This document shows, piece after piece, positions 1 through 9,680 of a stretch of DNA of 64,000 nt. The number at the start of each line of letters is the position of its first letter. Position 1 is the first letter of the stretch. The notes under the pieces are model-generated. The model searched no databases and was not told the DNA's origin. It saw only the letters and a program-made list of their open reading frames with translations. Origin of the DNA: Methanobacteriota archaeon (GTDB lineage: Archaea > Thermoplasmatota > Poseidoniia > Poseidoniales > Thalassarchaeaceae); contig JAERSV010000004.1 in NCBI GenBank assembly GCA_016845345.1, positions 2,083 to 66,082 on the forward strand, written 5' to 3'. A program made the position numbers and the translations under genes.

Positions 1-3000
1 TGTACCCACTGCGGGCTTCCAGATAAATCAGCATCTTCCCAACCAATGAACTCAACTGGAACCTCAGTAAGTGCAGTACTGTTTGCAATATCAATTACAT
101 CAATCGGTGTTAGCCTCTCAAGAACTCTCGGTGGCGCATGGTCGACCTTAACTTGAAGAGTAGTTGAAACAGTATCGCGAGTCATATCCTCACCCCTTCC
201 AGGAATATTTCTAACTCCTGCAAGGAAGGTCCGCGTCTCGCTAGAAGCGAGTGTGGGAGCCGCCCCAAGAGGAACTTCCAAACTGAATCCTCCTTCATCA
301 GTTAGGCTGCCATCCGACCAATATTGAACACCATCAAAGACTTCGACTGTAATTCCAAGATTTTTCGGTGCAGGCACATCGCTACCTTCGTAGACAACAC
401 GTCCAGACCAACGCAAACGATCGTTAGGCACAACCCTGCTACCGTCAAAGACTGGACCAACTCTTGGTTCCTGTACATCTTCTACCGAGTAAGTCCCAGC
501 ATCTAGAACCAAGTCATTCTCAATTCTGAATGTGTGCTCCGTGAAAATGATTTGGCGAGGCTCTGTACTTCCCAGTTGTGTGAATTCTAAGGCAATATCT
601 GACAAATCAGCATCAGGCCAATCCCACGAAAATTCAAATGCAAATGTGACCATTACCCATGGCAAACCTGTTTCATTGGTAGTGACAATTCCGCCACATG
701 AATCATCGAGTAAATTATTACAAGCGGGTGATATTTCAAGGAAATCATCATCAGTCCAGAAAGTGGAATTAATTCCGCTGAATGATAATCGCTGTTGGTC
801 TCTTTCGGGGTCTGGACCCTCAAAGTCAAAGATGATTGAAATATCAGTGAAGTCAATCAGACCATTTGCATCAACAAGCCCGAGTGTGAGGTATTGAGTA
901 GTTCCAGCAAAGGCTCTTTCCCCATCCTCATGGCCTGCCCAGTGTAAACCAGTGAATACCGAATCCATGTCTTTCCTAGTTCTGTATGTTACCAAGTCAT
1001 AGTCAAAACCCGGACCATCTGAACGAAGTAATGCATTACCTGCAACATCAGTCCCAGTGACATAATATGAAACCCGTGCCATGTTTGGATTGTTTGAATC
1101 ATCAATATATGCGAAGAATAATTTGTCAATATCGTCAGTCATATTGGTCATTGTTTGGTTGACATATTCTGCAGCATCGGCGTTACCATTGCGGTTAGAG
1201 TCGTGCTCTGCCTCAATCCAGTAGTGTAGAGTCAATACTTCTGGAGCACCAATTGCATCCTGAATTCTTATACGCACTGGTTGATCTTCGTAACCAGCCT
1301 CATATCCATTGTCAACTGGAGTCGCTTCTATCAGTGTTGGACTGGTTGCATCAACTCGTATGGTTCTCTGCCATGTGTGGTTAGTTGCTAAGACCTTGAG
1401 AGAGTCTCTAGGATTGTCGACCACTACCTCGTAGAATACTCCATCAGGGCGATTGATTGTATCCACAGGGACTGGAATAAAGAATTCTCCATATTGATTG
1501 GAGCGATCTTTTGCCTGTACGAAATCGCCCTCTGGAGTTCGCTTGATAATTGCGACATCAAAGGTAGAGTCCAGAGGTGCATCTTGAGTTCCATCGTACC
1601 AAATTGCTCCTTGGAAGTAGAGAGTTTCACCGGCTTTAATCCACTGATATTCGGGGACATCATCATGATGAACAGCACCATCATTGTCTCTTACCGCCAT
1701 CCATCCAAGTCCATAGGATTGGTTTACACGGATTCCTGGAGCATTACTTGCTCTTGATGAAAGTGACATTGGGGAGAGGCCTTGGTCATCTGTACAACTG
1801 ACTCTGAATCCAACATTGTCCTGCTCAATGAAATTAGAAGTGACGCGGAAAGCCCAATGAATCTCTAAAATTCCATTACTGTTATTGGTCCAAGTTGCGG
1901 AAGCATCTGGAATTATCCAATCCTCTGGGTCATCATCGACAAGTGTGCCATCACTATTCCAAGTCAGAGCGGGGGTTTCACTAGCAGGGTATGCTAAAAA
2001 GTCAAGAGTTGCCGTTGAAATCCCGCCAGCATCTTCACCAATTACATGTCTAGTCACAACTTCGTAGGTGTCAATTGTTTCATGTAACACCATACTTTCA
2101 TCCCAATTAATGTCAAGATTGACAGTTTGCATGACGTAAGTGATTGAAAATGAATTAATCACAATTTTCCCTGATGAGGATGAGAGGACTTGGATAGGAA
2201 TTAATTCCGTTCCAGAACCAGTGTCAGGGATTGCAGCATTTAGTGCGTTAACAATCGAACTTCCAGAAGTGCCACTGGCAGTTACCGTTGAAAGTAGAGC
2301 GTTTGCATAGGTCCATTCAGCACTGCCATCACTACCAATGTCTAACTTCACGTTTTGTGGGGCATTAGAGTACAGAGCGACCTGGAAGTCATCTACAACG
2401 GGGCTGTATGCATTTCCTCCTCCAGAGAAAAAGTTGAAGCAGAGGGAAAGATAATTCAAACCTGTTGGGAAATTAACTGTTTGACCTTGGCTTGCCAAAG
2501 TTGTAGAAGTACCTGATGTGCAACTGCTTGATGTTGTCCACTTGATTGATAATGAACTTCCACCTAGTTCAGTTGAGTTCCACCATACTTGAGCGGCAAC
2601 AGGGCCACCTGACCCTCCAAAATAGGGAGTCCTCATCCACATTAATCCCGATGATGCGTAAGAACCAGTATAACCAAGGTTAACAGTGTCAATGAGGGCA
2701 GAAACACTACTGTTCGTACTGTTGAGATACGCTCGCCATCCTAATTGGGACCCCGAATTTGCAAATGTCACTTTTGTTCCAATTTGTGCTTGTTTCCAAG
2801 TGACACCACCATCATTTGTTACTTCATATTCAACTGATGTACCTGTGGGCTTCCAAGAAATAGCTGCGGTTAGCGTAAGGTCAGGTGTTGTTCTCGTTGC
2901 AGTAATTGCTGTTGAGGTAATTATTCCAGAAGTAGTAGCGGGTGTACCCATTGAATTAACAGTTGATCTACCATTGGTGAAGATTTTGTGTGCACTTGCA

Positions 3001-4241
3001 CTTGGACACTGGGTATTGTAATAACAACTCCAAGCAAGAGTTCCAAAGCCTGTTGCTTCAAGCCCAAAGTGGGCGTGGTTCGGGAATAAAATATCTCCTT
3101 GGTGTTCAGGCCATGCCCCTCCTCGAAGGAAGATAGAGTGGTAGTTTTTAGCCTTGCAATTATTGTTACTTGAGTAAGTACAGTATACATTCACTGTCAC
3201 TCGGTCACCTGCAACATCAAGTCCTGCTGGTTGGCCTTGACCACTTGGAATCATCATTAACAATTGAGTTGAAAGCGCCTGAACCGGGCTGGAACGGTTG
3301 ACATTCCACAAGTAGTAATTGTAATTCCCGCTTACATAGCGGGTTGCTACGACATACATTTCATTGTCAACGGGGTCAAAAGCGACTCCTCCAATGTTGT
3401 AAGATGAGGCATACCATGCTTGATTACAAGACCATGAAGTGCCTGCAGAATTAACTGTCCACTTAGCGATGTAATTGTAATTCCAACTCGTTGTCCAAAT
3501 CGTACCGTTACCATCGCTAGTAATGTCTGAAACATAAGCCATTGATGAGGTTGTACAGCTGTTAAATGAAAGGGAGACAGTACCAATTAGAGAACCAGTG
3601 CTGGTGTTGTAACTCCTAATTGATGGGGCTTGATACAGGCTAGTAGTAGACCACTGTGCGACAAAAGTTTTGCTTCCTTGGTAAGCCACAGGACCAGCAT
3701 AATTCCATGAGCCTCCAGAATAAGCCGAATAACCCTGTGTGGTTGCACCAACTAAATCAGAATCAGCAAAGCCAATTGCTCCACCAGTTGTATTGTGGAT
3801 TGCGTTTGGTGCACTAGAAATATCATTTGTTCTAGTTAAATCCCAACTCGCTTCACTTTGCATTTCTCTAAGGGTTGTTTGATCGTTGCCTACATCAATA
3901 GTAGTTCGATAATCATAAGAGAAGTATGGGACGTTCATTTGTCCATCTGTCGTTGAGGGGCCGCCAAAGTCTGTATTGGTGCTTGCATTAGCCCAAGTGG
4001 TTGTTGAAGGTTCACCTGATATTGAGAAACTTGCTGCCGTTACTTCGGCGCCATAAGGCATGTTCACTCCTGCGGTTCCACCATTTCCTTGACCGGCAAA
4101 GGTGTGGGAAAAACTGGTAGTGCCATCAGCGAATTGGGTTTCAGTAGTTGCGGCGATTGCAAATGACAACGTTGTGGAAAGAAGCATCAATCCGGCTAAG
4201 AAAAACGAGGTCATTTTGATTTGATTTCTGTATCTAAACAT
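1..4241 (-). CDS. Giant secreted/surface protein (>1413 aa); 3' end runs off the window start
   Basis: Absent from the ORF track because there is no stop in the window. ATG at 4241 reads MFRYRNQIKMTSFFLAGLMLLSTTLSFAIAATTETQFADG (signal peptide). The same frame is open where I spot-checked it and at position 3. Ser/Thr/Gly/Asn-rich, with segments VEYEVTNDGGVTW and LDIGSDGSAEW. Confidence 0.85.
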   Translation of the reverse strand, partial: MFRYRNQIKMTSFFLAGLMLLSTTLSFAIAATTETQFADGTTSFSHTFAGQGNGGTAGVNMPYGAEVTAASFSISGEPSTTTWANASTNTDFGGPSTTDGQMNVPYFSYDYRTTIDVGNDQTTLREMQSEASWDLTRTNDISSAPNAIHNTTGGAIGFADSDLVGATTQGYSAYSGGSWNYAGPVAYQGSKTFVAQWSTTSLYQAPSIRSYNTSTGSLIGTVSLSFNSCTTSSMAYVSDITSDGNGTIWTTSWNYNYIAKWTVNSAGTSWSCNQAWYASSYNIGGVAFDPVDNEMYVVATRYVSGNYNYYLWNVNRSSPVQALSTQLLMMIPSGQGQPAGLDVAGDRVTVNVYCTYSSNNNCKAKNYHSIFLRGGAWPEHQGDILFPNHAHFGLEATGFGTLAWSCYYNTQCPSASAHKIFTNGRSTVNSMGTPATTSGIITSTAITATRTTPDLTLTAAISWKPTGTSVEYEVTNDGGVTWKQAQIGTKVTFANSGSQLGWRAYLNSTNSSVSALIDTVNLGYTGSYASSGLMWMRTPYFGGSGGPVAAQVWWNSTELGGSSLSIKWTTSSSCTSGTSTTLASQGQTVNFPTGLNYLSLCFNFFSGGGNAYSPVVDDFQVALYSNAPQNVKLDIGSDGSAEWTYANALLSTVTASGTSGSSIVNALNAAIPDTGSGTELIPIQVLSSSSGKIVINSFSITYVMQTVNLDINWDESMVLHETIDTYEVVTRHVIGEDAGGISTATLDFLAYPASETPALTWNSDGTLVDDDPEDWIIPDASATWTNNSNGILEIHWAFRVTSNFIEQDNVGFRVSCTDDQGLSPMSLSSRASNAPGIRVNQSYGLGWMAVRDNDGAVHHDDVPEYQWIKAGETLYFQGAIWYDGTQDAPLDSTFDVAIIKRTPEGDFVQAKDRSNQYGEFFIPVPVDTINRPDGVFYEVVVDNPRDSLKVLATNHTWQRTIRVDATSPTLIEATPVDNGYEAGYEDQPVRIRIQDAIGAPEVLTLHYWIEAEHDSNRNGNADAAEYVNQTMTNMTDDIDKLFFAYIDDSNNPNMARVSYYVTGTDVAGNALLRSDGPGFDYDLVTYRTRKDMDSVFTGLHWAGHEDGERAFAGTTQYLTLGLVDANGLIDFTDISIIFDFEGPDPERDQQRLSFSGINSTFWTDDDFLEISPACNNLLDDSCGGIVTTNETGLPWVMVTFAFEFSWDWPDADLSDIALEFTQLGSTEPRQIIFTEHTFRIENDLVLDAGTYSVEDVQEPRVGPVFDGSRVVPNDRLRWSGRVVYEGSDVPAPKNLGITVEVFDGVQYWSDGSLTDEGGFSLEVPLGAAPTLASSETRTFLAGVRNIPGRGEDMTRDTVSTTLQVKVDHAPPRVLERLTPIDVIDIANSTALTEVPVEFIGWEDADLSGSPQWV

Positions 4242-4356
4242 AGGCGGTCCCTTAGGGGACCGTTAGGGATACCATTTCAATCCTTTGCACTTAAAACTGT
4301 AACCCGATAAACCGAAACTGTATCAGTCAAGAGGCTTTCGAGCAGATGGGATTGAG

Positions 4357-5199
4357 ATGGCGGCAGGCAAAAAGCGGAAAAAATCAAAGCGAGGTTTGAA
4401 GGCATATTTTGAAGAATTTTGGGAGAATCAAAGAGACCGCCATTTGGTAATTTTGGGGATGCTGACTGTTCTCACTTTTGCCATGATTTTATGGGCGATT
4501 GCTTTCTTCTCAATGTTTTCTTCAAACGCACAACAGGAAGCCAATAGTTGGGCAGATTTAACTGCTGTAACATGGGTTGGAGTCCTACTTGCTTTCGTTC
4601 TTTTATTGTTCGTAATTCCCGAGTTTTTCCATTATCTTGGAGTGCGCAATTCTCTAGTTGATATGCTTGAGACAGACTCGCGGGCTGAGATGCAGAAAAA
4701 CAAGAAAGAATTGGATGAAGGAGCGCAATTACTCGCTGGCGCGTGGCCAGCAAAAATTGCGGCAAAGAGAGTGGAGTTAGGATTACGCCGAGATATGCCA
4801 GAAGGCATGTCGTTATCAGACACCGGAGGTGACTCATTACTTAGCACATGGTTGAATACAAAATATTCCCGATTAGCCCAGAGGTTCCCAGAATCTGATC
4901 TGCTCAAAGACGCTGGAATAAATAAATTAATAATTTTCAGTTCTCTTACTGGATTAGTCTTATTTGTATACAATGCACTGATAGGTTTAGCCAGAGAAAC
5001 GGTAACTAGTCCGCGTAATATGACAGTTGATTTCACCTCAATAATGAATGGTGGCGAATACAATGCAACATGGGCTCCACACTTTGATTTGGTTGGTGTA
5101 TTGATGATTGCAATTTTTGCGGCTATTCTTTTCATGACTGGCCCAGCATTTACTGACGAGGATGAATCAGAGAGTGACTCAATTCAAGAAGAAGAATGA
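4357..5199 (+). CDS. Hypothetical membrane protein (about 4 TM), C-terminus EEE
   Basis: 280-aa ORF with four hydrophobic segments, a basic N-terminus and an acidic tail. Confidence 0.75.
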   Translation: MAAGKKRKKSKRGLKAYFEEFWENQRDRHLVILGMLTVLTFAMILWAIAFFSMFSSNAQQEANSWADLTAVTWVGVLLAFVLLLFVIPEFFHYLGVRNSLVDMLETDSRAEMQKNKKELDEGAQLLAGAWPAKIAAKRVELGLRRDMPEGMSLSDTGGDSLLSTWLNTKYSRLAQRFPESDLLKDAGINKLIIFSSLTGLVLFVYNALIGLARETVTSPRNMTVDFTSIMNGGEYNATWAPHFDLVGVLMIAIFAAILFMTGPAFTDEDESESDSIQEEE

Positions 5200-5211
5200 A
5201 CGAGGTGGTAA

Positions 5212-6156
5212 TTGATGGCCACACCCTTCGGCTGGATTCGCGAAGCATTACTTGCCATAGGATTAATTTCGCTACTCGTAATTGGTCTGTGGGCTACTAC
5301 TGGCTCCATACCACCAATGGTAGTAGTTGAGTCATCATCAATGATGCATGATAGTGAAGGAGAAGTTGGGGCGATTGACCCCGGTGACCTAGTTCTCGTA
5401 ATGTCAACGTCGCGCCGAACTAAGATTGTCAGTATGGCAGAAGCGATGCAGGAAGGTGGTGAATGGGAAGGATGGGAGTCTCACGGCAAACCTGGAGATG
5501 TCATCATCTACAAGAAAAATGGTGGTATTGATACTCCCGTAATCCACCGTGTAATCCTTGAAGCAGTGGCTAACGATACTGTCACCCCAACTGACCGTTC
5601 ACGTCAACTTTGCTCACAAGGCAGTAGTTGGGACCCGATTTCGATTGATGCCGACGGGCAGGCAGGAACGTGTGTTCTCACGTGGGATGCACCTGGAACT
5701 ACTGTGTTGAATCAAGCCTCAATAAACTGGTCTTTTGACAATGTTGAATGCCCTTCTAACCCACATGGATTGATGGTTCAGGAGTGGGACCCGGGCCACG
5801 CGGGGTACCTTACTTTAGGTGATAATAATCGGTGTGATGTTGACCAAGGGTCAGAGGCATATCCTCTTGCTGGAGGTCTTACAGATGAGAAGGGTGATCG
5901 AGTTACTGCAGTACGTTCAGACTGGGTTGTTGGAGTAGCAGGTGCTGAACTTCCATGGCTTGGTTCAATCAAATTAGCAGCCTCATCAAATGCGGCACAA
6001 GTCACAGGTCATACTTGGAGAATGTTGGGTGCTACCGCAGTTATCCTTTTACTGGGAACATTTGTTGTTGAACAGGCAACTGAAAAATTGTTGATTGGCT
6101 CTCCAGAAATCAATCAGGCAAATAAAGAAGAGGAAAATAATTCCGAAGAAGAATAA
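5212..6156 (+). CDS. Signal peptidase I, archaeal S26/Sec11-like
   Basis: N-terminal TM, PPMVVVESSSMMH (catalytic Ser), GDVIIY, VIHRV (His), TLGDNN and a C-terminal TM; GAGGTG SD upstream. Confidence 0.88.
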   Translation: MMATPFGWIREALLAIGLISLLVIGLWATTGSIPPMVVVESSSMMHDSEGEVGAIDPGDLVLVMSTSRRTKIVSMAEAMQEGGEWEGWESHGKPGDVIIYKKNGGIDTPVIHRVILEAVANDTVTPTDRSRQLCSQGSSWDPISIDADGQAGTCVLTWDAPGTTVLNQASINWSFDNVECPSNPHGLMVQEWDPGHAGYLTLGDNNRCDVDQGSEAYPLAGGLTDEKGDRVTAVRSDWVVGVAGAELPWLGSIKLAASSNAAQVTGHTWRMLGATAVILLLGTFVVEQATEKLLIGSPEINQANKEEENNSEEE

Positions 6157-6165
6157 GCCAATGCC

Positions 6166-7653
6166 TTAGATAATCATTGGTATAACGATGATTAGAACTA
6201 ACATCCCTATCAGAATTAGGCTTGACATATTAGAAATTTTGTTGGCTGCATTCTGCACACTTATTGGGTGAGAATTAGATGAAAACTTAGCGAAGAAAGC
6301 GAAGTAGTCATGTAAGCGGTCTCGAAGCAGATGGCCTCCATCAAAAGGAAGAATTGGGATTAGATTAGCGAAGCCAAGTAATACATTCATCCAAGTTATC
6401 CAAAATAACAGATGAAGCAAAATCATCGTTCCTTCAAATCCTAGGAACGTATCACTAGTGAGTAGTTGTAATTCTTGTTGGTGCATAATTTCACCTTTGT
6501 TCTCAATTGGATTAAAGATGAGTGAAAACGGTTGAACTGCTAAACCTACAACCAATGGAAGAGGCTCTTTTGGAGCACTTGATGAAAGAGGCCCGGCGAG
6601 GCTATTTGCCCCTGCATCATTTGAGGCTAAGCCCATGACACCAAGAAAGGCATCTCCTTCTTCTATTCCATATGCTGCAAGAATCTGAGGGTCTGTGCCC
6701 AAATCAAGTTGGTATTGATATTGGTCAGCAAGTGTTAGGTTGATTTCACGTTGCTGCCGCTCACCTTCACTATCCGCAATAGTGAGAACGGTGAGCGTGA
6801 TGTTATCACCGGCTCGATGGGAGTCAAGGAACGCGGTGAAATCATCTCTGTTAGTTATTTCAGAACCATTTGCATGCGTAATCACTTCCCACGGTTGAAG
6901 GCCTGCTTCGGAGGCAGGCTGTTGGTCAATTATTCCTTCAGCATGCACCCCATTGATTGCTGGGCCAAGGGTGTTGGCAACTAATGCCATAGCGATAAAA
7001 AATATGAATCCGCCGTAGATATTTATGGCTGGTCCAGCAGCAAAAACACGTTGGCGTTCCCTTCTAGGTGCTCGCAATATTTCTCTGCCTTCTGGCTCTG
7101 CAAAAGCACCTATTGGAATCAAGCCGAGAATAAGTAATCCAAAACTTCGAACTCTCATCCCGTGTGCGCGGGTTAAAATTCCATGCCCATATTCATGAAT
7201 GACTAAGGCAACTATTAGACCGATAAGACCCCAAACTAGAGGGATTGTTGGTGACACACCGGGAATCAAAATTATTTCAGATGGTGAGGCCGATTCAATT
7301 TCAGTTGGATTCATAATTGTACCAATGAATGCAAGAACAAAGAAAACGAGGACAAATGCACTGATGAATCGACAAGTCCACAAACCTATTTCTCCAAAAA
7401 TTCTCCATGCTTTTCTCGGTTTTGAAATTGCATCCAAAACCTTCTGACCCCGATTTGTACGAACCATCAGAATGATTCCTAGCACTCTCGTAGCATCCCA
7501 TTGGTCAAGAATTCCTTGGGCTTCAAGTCGCTTGAGTAGTATGTACCATACTACAATTCCGAGAACTGACCAATGGATTTGGATTGCAATTATGCTGGCT
7601 ATCGCAATGTAGGTGAGTTCGCGAGAGCGAGATGTCCCCTCCTCACTTGGCAC
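6166..7653 (-). CDS. Site-2 protease (M50) with PDZ domain
   Basis: HEYGH zinc motif, GAFAEP, AAGP, a PDZ-like segment and NLIPILPFDGG. Start placed at GTG 7653 (the ORF extends to 7710). Confidence 0.92.
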   Translation of the reverse strand: MPSEEGTSRSRELTYIAIASIIAIQIHWSVLGIVVWYILLKRLEAQGILDQWDATRVLGIILMVRTNRGQKVLDAISKPRKAWRIFGEIGLWTCRFISAFVLVFFVLAFIGTIMNPTEIESASPSEIILIPGVSPTIPLVWGLIGLIVALVIHEYGHGILTRAHGMRVRSFGLLILGLIPIGAFAEPEGREILRAPRRERQRVFAAGPAINIYGGFIFFIAMALVANTLGPAINGVHAEGIIDQQPASEAGLQPWEVITHANGSEITNRDDFTAFLDSHRAGDNITLTVLTIADSEGERQQREINLTLADQYQYQLDLGTDPQILAAYGIEEGDAFLGVMGLASNDAGANSLAGPLSSSAPKEPLPLVVGLAVQPFSLIFNPIENKGEIMHQQELQLLTSDTFLGFEGTMILLHLLFWITWMNVLLGFANLIPILPFDGGHLLRDRLHDYFAFFAKFSSNSHPISVQNAANKISNMSSLILIGMLVLIIVIPMII

Positions 7654-7739
7654 AGGGGTTGCTCTGCTCTGTCCTCTTTGAACCTGCGCGTTAAGTGAAA
7701 TGCATAGCACTCATAGGTGAGCACTGCTTGAGAAGGGTG

Positions 7740-7928
7740 ATGACTGAACGGGAAACAGATCTGTCTGAGGCCCATAGTGTTGAGCGTAGACTATCCGATT
7801 TGAAGCGTGAAGTTGAAGCAATCAAGCGCTTGATAACACAAGCATCATTGAAGCGCTTGACCTCTGAAATTGAGCGTCAGGAATCATCAATAGACGAGGT
7901 AAAAGCAGAACTTCATTGTAAGATATGA
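7740..7928 (+). CDS. Small coiled-coil hypothetical protein
   Basis: ATG 7740 follows a GGGTG SD-like sequence; heptad-like E/K/R/L pattern; fills the gap between genes. Confidence 0.5.
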   Translation: MTERETDLSEAHSVERRLSDLKREVEAIKRLITQASLKRLTSEIERQESSIDEVKAELHCKI

Positions 7929-7942
7929 TGTAATTTGGAAAT

Positions 7943-8605
7943 TCATAGTCTGAATTTCTTAACCCATTCCTCGGGCTCTTGTTGTTTGAGAACTGCTTCC
8001 TCAGCCTCTTCGATTTTCAACGCTTCTGCCTTTTCGGACCAAGCATTTGCTTTGGAGCGTAGAGTTTCGGCAGTTTGTGTATAACTATCAGAATCACGGC
8101 AGAGTAATGATAGAAATTTGTGCAGTGGTAATCCTGCATCCCAGTCCAAGTGAGGTGTGCCATTTCTTGTCAAAGGTAGTGATGGTAGGCGTCTTGAAAG
8201 AACCGAAACAGAACCAGTCAAGTTTGAGGTTTCAACCTTGAAGACACGCCACGAATCTCCGCGCACTCCTTTCAGTCTCATAGCGTATAATGGCATCAGG
8301 CCACAACGCTCCCCCTCTTTTTGTAAATCGAGGTACTGCTCCATTGTTCTGCCTGAGAGATATACCTTTTTTTCCTTAGTTGCTTTCACTTCTATTGGAA
8401 ATGAAATATCCCCGCGTACCGCTAATAAATCACCTGCGCCAGCAACTCCACTTCCGGCTGCCCTGACTACTAAAAATGGTCTTCTGATGACTTGCATTGC
8501 TCGGGCTTTCTCAGCGGCGTTACAACTTCTAGTAACAGCCCTAACTCCATCAGGTGAACCGATCAGAACTGCGCGCAGTTCCCGCTCATAATGAGAAGCC
8601 ATCAC
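7943..8605 (-). CDS. hjc: Archaeal Holliday junction resolvase (Hjc family, PD-(D/E)xK) with C-terminal extension
   Basis: YERELRAVL, RAAGSG, GDLLA and IEVK motifs typical of Hjc. Confidence 0.8.
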   Translation of the reverse strand: MMASHYERELRAVLIGSPDGVRAVTRSCNAAEKARAMQVIRRPFLVVRAAGSGVAGAGDLLAVRGDISFPIEVKATKEKKVYLSGRTMEQYLDLQKEGERCGLMPLYAMRLKGVRGDSWRVFKVETSNLTGSVSVLSRRLPSLPLTRNGTPHLDWDAGLPLHKFLSLLCRDSDSYTQTAETLRSKANAWSEKAEALKIEEAEEAVLKQQEPEEWVKKFRL

Positions 8606-8709
8606 TCAGCACGCTCATCCATTCATTCAAGACCATGCCGGCGAGATTGATGTATCGCGCGCCGATTCTCAAAGAAATTGGCTAAATCCGGTGACATTCA
8701 CCGGAACCA

Positions 8710-9501
8710 TTGACAAAGGTCGCCGCCCCACACCTATTCGTGGGAGTACTAATCATACGGACGGCTGATTTCAAATTGGCCTATCGTTTGATGAAAGCAT
8801 TACGGAAGCGTGGAATTGAATTTCTTCAAGTTTCAGAGAATTCCCCTCTTCCTCACGATGCTTCTGTATGGCTTGGAACACCAGAAGAAGTGTTTGCGAG
8901 TAAGGTGGGTAATGGAGTCCCCTGCACATTGGAAGATGTAGCAGTTTCAATAGACCGTGCACTCCACCTTTCAACCCTGAAAGACCCAACAAGAATACTC
9001 GCTTTTGGAATCGACCCAGGGCCACGTCCAGGCTTGGCGTGGAACTCAGATGGTAAGCCACTTGGTACTGAACAAATGGAAGATGTAGATGATACAGTAG
9101 ACAGAATCTGCCAACTTGTAAAGTCCATTCCACATGCAGTAGCTGTAGTAAGAATTGGAGATGGTTCACCGACAATAGGTTCACGCCTTGCAAACATCTG
9201 TTTGGCTAGGGGTTTGAGAGTAGAGATGGTTGATGAGAGGAGAACTTCAACGGGTGTTGGCCGCCATGAGCATCATGCTGCAGCAGCACGAATTGGACAA
9301 ATTATTGGTCAAGAGGTAACTAGCAAACGCAAGGTAAAACCATCCACTGGAGAGGTTCGAGAAGTGCAACGTAAATCACGTAGAGAGAGTGAAGGAAAAC
9401 TCACCCTTCCAATTGAATTAGCACAAGCAGTTGCTGTGGGAAGACTGTCAATGGTTGAGGCTTTTGACGAGTATGAAAGACGCCGTGAAAGCCTCATCTA
9501 A
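8710..9501 (+). CDS. RNase H-fold YqgF/Tex-like protein
   Basis: FGIDPG, VRIGDG and MVDERRTS motifs; true start possibly GTG ~8739. Confidence 0.65.
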   Translation: MTKVAAPHLFVGVLIIRTADFKLAYRLMKALRKRGIEFLQVSENSPLPHDASVWLGTPEEVFASKVGNGVPCTLEDVAVSIDRALHLSTLKDPTRILAFGIDPGPRPGLAWNSDGKPLGTEQMEDVDDTVDRICQLVKSIPHAVAVVRIGDGSPTIGSRLANICLARGLRVEMVDERRTSTGVGRHEHHAAAARIGQIIGQEVTSKRKVKPSTGEVREVQRKSRRESEGKLTLPIELAQAVAVGRLSMVEAFDEYERRRESLI

Positions 9502-9568
9502 TTCAGTAAGTTCCTATTGGATGGTAACCGGCTTACTCAAGAGGCGAATCTACTTCGAAGATTACACT

Positions 9569-9643
9569 GCGGACGTGGTCTAGTGGTTATGACTGTAGAT
9601 TCCCAATCTGCAAACCCGGATTCAACTTCCGGCGTCCGCACCA
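9569..9643 (+). tRNA. tRNA-Gly(CCC), CCA encoded
   Basis: Acceptor GCGGACG/CGTCCGC, anticodon arm GTAGA-TTCCCAA-TCTGC, T-arm CCGGA-TTCAACT-TCCGG, ACCA end. Confidence 0.95.
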
Positions 9644-9680
9644 TTAACCTAGATTAATCGCGTTAAGATTGCACAAATAA

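Noticed and set aside
324-3586. Short ORFs listed in the first 4 kb
   Set aside because: All overlap the giant minus-strand CDS that the track omitted.
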